Program-made: the position numbers and the translations under genes
Assembly (NCBI GenBank): GCA_964247135.1
Contig: CAXTTL010000121.1
Location: 1-14,608, forward strand
Reading direction: 5' to 3'
DNA length: 14,608 nt
Source of the DNA: an uncultured Deinococcales bacterium
Lineage (GTDB): Bacteria > Deinococcota > Deinococci > Deinococcales > JAAFIG01
Shown here: in pieces, positions 7,351 to 13,895 of the stretch
Numbering within the stretch: the first letter of the stretch is position 1
Layout: every line of letters starts with the position of its first letter
Notes under the pieces: model-generated
What the model saw: the letters and a program-made list of their open reading frames with translations, nothing else
Database searches by the model: none
Told to the model about the DNA's origin: nothing

Positions 7351-8949
7351 GTGGCTGAACGTAATCCTTCAAATTGGCGAATCCTGATCTGCGACGAAAT
7401 GCAGTTCAAACCCGAAAACCTGATCCGTGAAGGTTTTCAAATCGAATACATTCCCAACATGCCCAGAGAACAAATTTTAGCCAGGCTGCACGAATTTGAT
7501 TCTTTAATCACCCGCTCGAGAACCAAAGTCGATCTCGAGCTTCTCGAGGCTGGCAGCAACTTGCGCGTGATTGGTCGCGGCGGCGTCGGCGTGGACAACA
7601 TCGATCTCGAGGCGGCATCACGGCGCGGCATTATTGTGCTCAATGCCCCAGAAGCCAATACGGTATCGGCAGCCGAACTCGCCATCACGCTGTTAATGGC
7701 GGCATCTCGAGGGGTGACGCGTTCAGACAAACTGACCCGTCAGGGTGTTTGGGATCGCAAGTATTTGGGACGTGAAGTCAAAGACAAAACCTTGGGCATT
7801 ATCGGTCTAGGACGAATCGGAACCATCGTCGCCAACCGTGCGATGGGCATGAAAATGAACGTGATTGCTTACGACCCGTACATTGCCAATCGCCGCTTCG
7901 AGCTTTTGGGCGTCAAACGCGCCAACACGCTCGAGGAATTGCTGCCCCAAGTCAACGCGCTAACGGTGCACACGCCGTTAACTGAGGAAACCAAAGACAT
8001 GATTGGCGCCCGCGAACTTGCCATGTTGCCCAGCGGCGCGATTGTCGTCAACGCCGCCCGAGGCGGCATCATCAACGAACTTGCCATTGCCGCCGCGCTC
8101 GAGGACAAGCACTTGTTCGCGGCTGGCATCGATGTCTTTGTCGAAGAGCCGCCCAGGCTCGACCACCCGCTGCTCGGGCGCGACGATGTGGTGATTACCG
8201 CCCACCTCGGCGCGAACACGCTCGAGGCTCAAGACCGCGTCGGCTCGGAAATTCTCGAGCGGGTCTGTGCTGCCCTGAATGGCGATGTTTCGCGCGGTGC
8301 GATCAACGCGCCCAAAATGGATGCGGACACCCTGGAAAAAATCGGACCGTACATGAAACTCTGCGAACGCATGGGTCACATGCTCGCGCAACTCGAGATT
8401 GGCGCGGCGCAAGAACTCGAGGTCGAATTCTCGGGGCGTTTTTCGGGCGATTTGGAACCGATTTTCTCGAGCGTTTTGGTTGGTTACCTGCGCGGAATCT
8501 TGGAAGAAACCCCAAACCTCATCAATGCCAGGGCGCTCGCCAAAGAGCGCGGCATTGCGCTGACCTTAAAAACCAGCGAAGAGTCTGAAGATTACGCCAA
8601 CGAAATCAAAGCCAGCATCTCCGACGGCAAACGCGTGCGAAGCGTGGCGGGCACCTGCTTTGGCAAGCAACCGCGCCTGACCCGCATTCGCAATTACCGC
8701 CTCGAGCTTGCCCCTGAGGGTTGGGTTTTGATTTGTACCAACATCGACCAACCTGGCGTGGTCGGCAAGATTGGCAGCATGATGGGCGAGGCGGGCGTCA
8801 ACATTGCCGGAATGCAGCTCGGACGCGACGAACCGGGCGGCAAAGCCCTGTTCGCGCTCAGTTTGGATGCCAAACCGAGCAACGACGTGCTCGAGAAAAT
8901 CAGGGCGCTCGAGTTTATTGAAAGTGCTTTCGCCGTCGAATTTTCCTGA
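7351..8949 (+). CDS. serA: D-3-phosphoglycerate dehydrogenase (long form with ASB and C-terminal ACT domains)
   Basis: Motifs: ITRSRTKV, GRGGVGVDNID, NTVSAAE, Rossmann GLGRIG, VNAARGG, IDVFVEEP and TAHLGANT, plus the ACT domain NIDQPGVVGKIGSMMGEAGVNIAGM. The start is reassigned to GTG 7351 (532 aa), just before the first recognisable strand (RILICD), with TAATTT 5 nt upstream. Confidence 0.95.
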   Translation: MAERNPSNWRILICDEMQFKPENLIREGFQIEYIPNMPREQILARLHEFDSLITRSRTKVDLELLEAGSNLRVIGRGGVGVDNIDLEAASRRGIIVLNAPEANTVSAAELAITLLMAASRGVTRSDKLTRQGVWDRKYLGREVKDKTLGIIGLGRIGTIVANRAMGMKMNVIAYDPYIANRRFELLGVKRANTLEELLPQVNALTVHTPLTEETKDMIGARELAMLPSGAIVVNAARGGIINELAIAAALEDKHLFAAGIDVFVEEPPRLDHPLLGRDDVVITAHLGANTLEAQDRVGSEILERVCAALNGDVSRGAINAPKMDADTLEKIGPYMKLCERMGHMLAQLEIGAAQELEVEFSGRFSGDLEPIFSSVLVGYLRGILEETPNLINARALAKERGIALTLKTSEESEDYANEIKASISDGKRVRSVAGTCFGKQPRLTRIRNYRLELAPEGWVLICTNIDQPGVVGKIGSMMGEAGVNIAGMQLGRDEPGGKALFALSLDAKPSNDVLEKIRALEFIESAFAVEFS

Positions 8950-8966
8950 GTCACCAATATTAAATC

Positions 8967-9024
8967 GTAGGGTGCGCCGTGCGCACCACAATGCCTGAAA
9001 AATGGTGCGCACGGCGCACCCTAC
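8967..9024. repeat. GTAG-type REP doublet (REPIN-like)
   Basis: Perfect 22-bp inverted repeat GTAGGGTGCGCCGTGCGCACCA (8967-8988) and TGGTGCGCACGGCGCACCCTAC (9003-9024) with a 14-nt spacer. Each arm has a GTAG end plus an internal 7-bp stem and 3-nt loop. Confidence 0.85.
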
Positions 9025-9053
9025 CCAAATTTTGCTTTTGGAGGTACTGCCCC

Positions 9054-10217
9054 ATGTTCCGCAAACGCCTGATCGCCCCAGGACCCGTCGAAACCTCTTA
9101 TGAGGTTGGTTTGGCTTTGGCGCAACCCCAATTGCACCACCGCAGCCCAGAAGCCAAAGTCGTGGTCAATAAGGCTCGAGAAGCCCTGCGGGTTGTCGCG
9201 GGATTACCGCTCGAGTCAGGTTTTGAACCCCTGATCGTGACCGCATCTGGCACTGGCGCGTTCGAGGCAGCCCTGGTTTCGCTCGTTCCAGCAGGTTCTG
9301 GCGTGGTCAGCGTCTCGAGTGGAAAATTTGGCGAACGTTGGGCGGACATGGCTCGAGTCTTGGGTTACAGCGTGTTTGAAGAGCGTTTTGAATGGGGAAA
9401 GGCGGTCGATCCGAAAGCGGTCGAAACGCTTCTCAACACCAATCCGAACGCTCGAGCGGTGCTGGTCACGCATTCTGAAACCAGCACCGGAACTTTGAAT
9501 GATGTTGCCGAAATTGCTCGGGTTGCCAAAAGCATCAACCCCGAGATTTTGCTGATCGTGGACGCCATCACCAGTCTTGGGATCGCCGAATTGCGCCCGC
9601 TCGAGTGGGGTTTGGATGCAGTCATCAGCGGTTCGCAAAAAGCCGTTGGAGGACCGCCAGGACTGGGTTTTGTCTAACTTTCACCCAAAGCCATTTCTAG
9701 CCTCGAGCAATCCAAACCGAGCGTGTATTACTGGGATTTAAAAAAAGAACTCAAAGCCCAAAAAACAGGCGAGACCGCCTACACGCCAGCCATCAACTTG
9801 ATCGTGGGACTCAATGCCAGCCTCGAGCCAATGGCGGCGGAAATCTTGAGCATCGGTTTGGAACAATACTGGAAAGACAAAAAACGCTTGAACGATGCGC
9901 TGCTCGAGGCGGCAAAAGCTTTGGGCTGCACCAGTTTCTCGGAATGCCAAACTCCCGCCTGCGTGACCCTCGTCCCGCCAGAACCCGTGACTGGACGCGA
10001 TTTGTTCAAAGCTTTATTGGCTCGTAACGCTCGAGCCATGACTGGACAGGATGCCATCAAAGACAAAATTGTGCGCATCAGTTTCATGGGTCACTTTGAC
10101 CGTTACGACGCGTTGTCATTCGCTGGTTTGCTCGAGGATGCACTGATTGATTGCGGCGCACCGATCACTCGAGGGGCAGGCGTGAACGCGCTCTGGAAGG
10201 CTTTGCAAGACCACTAA
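9054..10217 (+). pseudogene. Class V PLP-dependent aminotransferase (alanine/serine-glyoxylate family), interrupted by an in-frame TAA at 9675-9677
   Basis: ATG 9054 follows SD GGAGG (9040-9044). Motifs: LIAPGP, HHRS, SGTGAFE, GKFGERW, HSETSTG, VDAITS and GSQK. The two track ORFs (ending 9677; 9723-10217) share a frame and read ...PPGLGFV*LSPKAISSLEQSKPSVYYWDL...TPAIN...RISFMG. Joined length is 387 codons. Confidence 0.85.
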
Positions 10218-10219
10218 AA

Positions 10220-10759
10220 TTATTTGGGGATAACGTTTACCACCCATTGCAATATCACAGGACTCGAGCCACGAATGTTTACCCTGGCTTGTACTGTGTA
10301 ATTTCCTGGGAACGTGTCTTTCGGCACGAATAACGAGGCGTTGATGCTGTATTCACCAAACTCAACTCGAGTCACGGTTCTGATCGTGTCATCAAACGCG
10401 ACAACACTATTCGAGTTGGCAATCAATTCGACACCATCGGTTGCTATCCCCAATTTCCATTTTGTTGTAGGTGTTACCAAATAGGTTAAATCTGCAAGCC
10501 CAAGCGGAGCAAAACCATTTGTTCGACCAGACATCAACAATTCCCTCGAGTTGAGCGTAAACAACTCACCAGCACGTAGTCCAAGCCTGGAAATATCACC
10601 AGCATAAATTTTTAAGATCGTATCCATTCCAGCTTTTGCCGTAATGGTGTCCGTAGCGCGAACCAATTTTGGATTAAAAGTACCTCCAGATTCAAACGCG
10701 GCGCAGGAGGTTAAAACCAGCACAAAAACCGAGATCAATAATTTTTGGATCAAAGTCAT
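10220..10759 (-). CDS. Hypothetical lipoprotein
   Basis: Signal peptide with lipobox LTSC and a beta-rich mature region. The start is reassigned to ATG 10759 (MTLIQK, 179 aa), 7 nt downstream of TATGCT. Confidence 0.75.
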   Translation of the reverse strand: MTLIQKLLISVFVLVLTSCAAFESGGTFNPKLVRATDTITAKAGMDTILKIYAGDISRLGLRAGELFTLNSRELLMSGRTNGFAPLGLADLTYLVTPTTKWKLGIATDGVELIANSNSVVAFDDTIRTVTRVEFGEYSINASLFVPKDTFPGNYTVQARVNIRGSSPVILQWVVNVIPK

Positions 10760-10766
10760 GAACAAA

Positions 10767-10772
10767 AGCATA
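10767..10772 (-). promoter_or_regulatory. Putative -10 element (TATGCT) of a leaderless lipoprotein transcript
   Basis: TANNNT hexamer 7 nt upstream of ATG 10759; no Shine-Dalgarno sequence. Confidence 0.55.
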
Positions 10773-10823
10773 ACCTGAATTACGCAGTTTTCTCGAGGGT
10801 TTGGGTATGAAAAAACTCGGGTT

Positions 10824-11891
10824 TTATTTTGGTTTGACCACCAAGGTTTTTGCCAAAATGTCGTGCAATGCTTGCTTACGGGCGGTAAACCCTGCCATCA
10901 CAAAAGGAATTGTGCCAATCAAAATAGACACCAAAAACAACAATAAAAACGATCCAGCCGCCGCTCGAGCTGCCGGACTTGTTGCATCCGAAATGGCAGG
11001 AATGATCGGCAGAATGCCAATAAATAATACGATTGAACCGATCAAAGCAGGAATTTGCTTGGCAAAATACCGCCAGGTGGCTTGCCCAAAACCAATCGGT
11101 TGTTCGGACAAATTCGTGACTTTCAGCCCCAATGCCATTTTACCCAGTGTGGCTTGTTGTTTGCTGCTCTCGAGCAGCGCAAAGTACAACCAATTGACCA
11201 ACAAGCTAAAAATTAACGACAACAATATTGGTGCGACCAACGACACGGCTTCGTTCTGAATGGTTTCAACACTGCCGCCAGCAGCCACCGACCTCGAGAT
11301 TTCATTGAGGCGAACGACGGCGTTGTTCAAACCAAAAATGCTCGAGATGATGCTGGTGATGACTGATACCAAGATTCCGTCGATGATGGCTGCCAGAAAA
11401 CGCATCCAAAATCCTGCGTTTTCAGTCGATGCTCGAGCCGATTCGGTCGGCATGACGGGCGTCATTTTAGCGATTGGTACGGCTTGGCGAACGTCTTGGT
11501 GAAACGATTCGACCTGAACGGTTTTTGGTGGGGCAACCTCGAGCGGCGCCGGAATGACGGTAGGTTTTTCGGGAATGCGCTCCACTCGAGCGGCAGCCGC
11601 CTTGGTGTGGGCGCGTTGACCGGCGCTTTGCACCACCGTGAAAAAATTTGCCAAAGCGTCTTTTTCGGTGTTGACCGAACCCCGAATTAACTCGCCAGCG
11701 ACGCTCGAGATCACCAGTTCGTCGCCTTCGCGGTTGACTTTGGCAATCTCTACCAGGCTGGCGCGTTGCAAACCGTTCGCGTTTAAGTACAAGACTTCAG
11801 ATTCGGTGCAAACCAGCGCCGCGTCGTTTGTCTCGAGTTCGCTGAGAACGGGTTGATTGAGGATTTGTTTGAGTTGATTTAAGAATTCCAT
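10824..11891 (-). CDS. RDD-family membrane protein with an extra N-terminal soluble domain
   Basis: 355 aa. The C-terminal RDD domain has AGFWMRFLAAIID, QATLGKMALGLKV and RKQALHDILAKTLVV. It is preceded by a soluble domain of about 90 aa and a Pro/Ala-rich linker. Confidence 0.88.
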   Translation of the reverse strand: MEFLNQLKQILNQPVLSELETNDAALVCTESEVLYLNANGLQRASLVEIAKVNREGDELVISSVAGELIRGSVNTEKDALANFFTVVQSAGQRAHTKAAAARVERIPEKPTVIPAPLEVAPPKTVQVESFHQDVRQAVPIAKMTPVMPTESARASTENAGFWMRFLAAIIDGILVSVITSIISSIFGLNNAVVRLNEISRSVAAGGSVETIQNEAVSLVAPILLSLIFSLLVNWLYFALLESSKQQATLGKMALGLKVTNLSEQPIGFGQATWRYFAKQIPALIGSIVLFIGILPIIPAISDATSPAARAAAGSFLLLFLVSILIGTIPFVMAGFTARKQALHDILAKTLVVKPK

Positions 11892-11906
11892 CGTGCCTCA
11901 CAATAA

Positions 11907-11943
11907 CACTCGAGCATTGCGGTTTAACCGCCGTGCTCGAGTG
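11907..11943. repeat. Intergenic hairpin, possibly the terminator of the S41 protease gene
   Basis: CACTCGAGCA-TT-GCGGTT-T-AACCGC-CG-TGCTCGAGTG: a 10-bp outer stem and a 6-bp inner stem, starting 6 nt after the protease stop codon. There is no clear U-tract. Confidence 0.6.
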
Positions 11944-11949
11944 AAATTT

Positions 11950-13281
11950 TTACTTGGTGGCGACCACGCCCAAAAGTGACAATGCTTTGCGAACTTGGGC
12001 ATCGGTTGAGATATTGACAATCGCTTCGCCTTGTTGACCCGTGGTTTTGACTCGAGTTGGCTCGTCTTGGTAGGTGAACTGTCCGGTTTTGTCGGCTTTG
12101 AGTTTCAGGGTTTTGCCGTTGACTTTGACTTCAATGTTCGTTCCAGGTGCGGCGTTGATGCCCTGCAAGGTCAAGAGTTTTGGATAACGTGTGTCCGAGA
12201 CAGGATAATCTGGTGTCACACCACGTTTGTTGATGCTGTTGCGTTTTGGAGTCAGCCATTCCTCGAAACTGACATTGACTTGCCCACCGTTTGAAAGCGC
12301 AATTGGAGCGTTCGCCACGCCTTTACCATAGGTTTTTTCGCCGACGATTTTTGCGCGCCCGTTTTCTTGCAGGCTGCTCGAGACGATCTCGCTGGCGCTG
12401 GCGCTCGAGCCGTTGACCAAAACCACCAACGGTCCGAGGTAATCGCTTTGTTGCACACCCGCCTGGAATTCGATGTTGACTTTTTTGGTGTTGTCGCGGG
12501 TCACAAAAACATCACCCTTGGACAGAAAAGTATCCGCCACGCCTTCAGCCATGCTGACCAGACCGCCCGGGTTGTTGCGCAAGTCCAGAATCATGCCTTT
12601 GACGCCCTTGGCTTTGAGGCTGGCAACGGCGGTTTGGAGTTGCTCGGTGACTTTCTGATTCAAGAAATCTGAAATTGAAACATAACCGATGTTTCCAGGC
12701 AAAACGGTGGCATTGACGTTCACGACCACAATTTTTTCTCGAATCATGCTGAGGTTTAAACGTGTGACCCCCCGGGCAATCGTGACTTTGACCGTGCTGC
12801 CCTTTGGTCCGCGAATTTTACGAACCGCCTGATCGAGCGGCAATTTTGTGACATCTTCGCCGTTGACCGCAATGATCAAATCACCTGCCTGCATTCCGGC
12901 TTTGGCGGCGGGTTGACCGTTGAAAACAGTTTCGACCTGTACGCCCAAACCATCTTTGGTGGCGGGCGTTAAACCCAAACCGATACCAAAAAAACCACCA
13001 GTCAAGTTCTCGTTGTTGGTGCTGGTTTCACTCGGTGGGATGTAAAACGTAAACTCGTCATCGAGCGCGTACAACATGCCCGACAAAGCACCCTGCATCA
13101 ATTTGTCAGGGTCGGTGGTGCGCAAATATTTTTCACGCAAGGCTTGGTACGTCTCGAGGAACGCCTTGCCTGAAGGCGTGTTTAAAGCTTCATCTCGAGG
13201 GTTCGCGGCGAGGGTCACGGCTGCGGTAACTCCGCACAATGCCAAGGCAACAATGCCAAAAATCAAAAATCGGTTCTTCAC
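11950..13281 (-). CDS. S41 family C-terminal processing protease (CtpA/Prc-like) with PDZ domain
   Basis: 443 aa from a GTG start, with a signal peptide and a PDZ domain (GFFGIG...PAAKAGMQAGD...IRGPKGS). Also LDLRNNPGG, catalytic SASASE and KTYGKG. Confidence 0.93.
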   Translation of the reverse strand: MKNRFLIFGIVALALCGVTAAVTLAANPRDEALNTPSGKAFLETYQALREKYLRTTDPDKLMQGALSGMLYALDDEFTFYIPPSETSTNNENLTGGFFGIGLGLTPATKDGLGVQVETVFNGQPAAKAGMQAGDLIIAVNGEDVTKLPLDQAVRKIRGPKGSTVKVTIARGVTRLNLSMIREKIVVVNVNATVLPGNIGYVSISDFLNQKVTEQLQTAVASLKAKGVKGMILDLRNNPGGLVSMAEGVADTFLSKGDVFVTRDNTKKVNIEFQAGVQQSDYLGPLVVLVNGSSASASEIVSSSLQENGRAKIVGEKTYGKGVANAPIALSNGGQVNVSFEEWLTPKRNSINKRGVTPDYPVSDTRYPKLLTLQGINAAPGTNIEVKVNGKTLKLKADKTGQFTYQDEPTRVKTTGQQGEAIVNISTDAQVRKALSLLGVVATK

Positions 13282-13288
13282 AGCCGTC

Positions 13289-13294
13289 AGTCTA
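13289..13294 (-). promoter_or_regulatory. Putative -10 element (TAGACT) of a leaderless S41 protease transcript
   Basis: TANNNT hexamer 7 nt upstream of GTG 13281; no Shine-Dalgarno sequence. Confidence 0.6.
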
Positions 13295-13353
13295 ACGCCC
13301 TTGGTTGAGCGATGAATGTGCGTTTGAGCAAAAACAGTTCTCGAAACTCGAGC

Positions 13354-13875
13354 TTATTGGCTTGCGTCTGGAATTTGTGCCGCGTGGTGTTTGGTGTGCC
13401 AAGCGCACAAACGCAGCACCTCGAGCGTGGTTAGCTCGCCAAAAAAAGATTGGGTGACGCAAATTGTGTCCAGCAATTCGGGCTTCTCGAGTTTTTTGGC
13501 GTAACGTTTTAGGGCTTCAAAGGCAATTTCATGGTTGCGTTGTAAATCGGCGCGGCTTAAATTGGCTCGAGGTTCTTGCCCAGGATTGAGGGCGCGTCCG
13601 TCTTCGGTCACATGACCTTTTGGCATGACAAGCGCTGGTTTGTTTTTTAATGCTCGCTCGAGACAGACCGCGAAGAACGCGTTGGCAGTATTCAGGTGGT
13701 CTGCGATTTTGGCGGGCGCCCATTTGCCTGGCGTCACAGGTTCGTACAAGTCTGCCTGCTCGAGTTTGGCTGTAAATTCGGTTTTGGCAAGTTGCAGGTT
13801 CTCGAGTACCTGCTCAAGCCCGATGCCTTGCCGCTCGAGAAAGGCTTTGGGTAGGTAATCTTGAAGCTCAGGCAT
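13354..13875 (-). CDS. DinB/YfiT-superfamily protein
   Basis: 173-aa helical protein with PGKWAPAKIADHL and a C-terminal HTKHHAAQI, which supply the His ligands typical of DinB four-helix bundles. Confidence 0.8.
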   Translation of the reverse strand: MPELQDYLPKAFLERQGIGLEQVLENLQLAKTEFTAKLEQADLYEPVTPGKWAPAKIADHLNTANAFFAVCLERALKNKPALVMPKGHVTEDGRALNPGQEPRANLSRADLQRNHEIAFEALKRYAKKLEKPELLDTICVTQSFFGELTTLEVLRLCAWHTKHHAAQIPDASQ

Positions 13876-13881
13876 TTTAAA

Positions 13882-13887
13882 ATTCTA
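13882..13887 (-). promoter_or_regulatory. Putative -10 element (TAGAAT) of a leaderless DinB-family transcript
   Basis: Near-consensus TAGAAT 6 nt upstream of ATG 13875; no Shine-Dalgarno sequence. Confidence 0.6.
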
Positions 13888-13895
13888 ACTCGAGT

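Noticed and set aside
8979-9053. N-terminal extension of the aminotransferase (MRTTMPEKWCARRTLP...), and the matching WCARRTL in the 8566-9012 antisense ORF
   Set aside because: Both are translations of the REP inverted repeat. The real start is ATG 9054.
9675-9677. Selenocysteine, pyrrolysine or alternative genetic code as the cause of the internal stop
   Set aside because: The codon is TAA rather than TGA or TAG, and TAA terminates tatC, tatA, DUF1800, DUF1501 and other genes here.
10812-10825. Near-palindrome AAAACTCGGGTTTT after the RDD stop codon
   Set aside because: Too short and AT-rich to call a terminator. It is only a one-mismatch variant of the iterated motif.
10801-11259. 152-aa + strand ORF opposite the RDD gene, and the other short overlapping ORFs in the track
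   Set aside because: They are antisense or out-of-frame to well-supported genes, with no motifs or translation signals.
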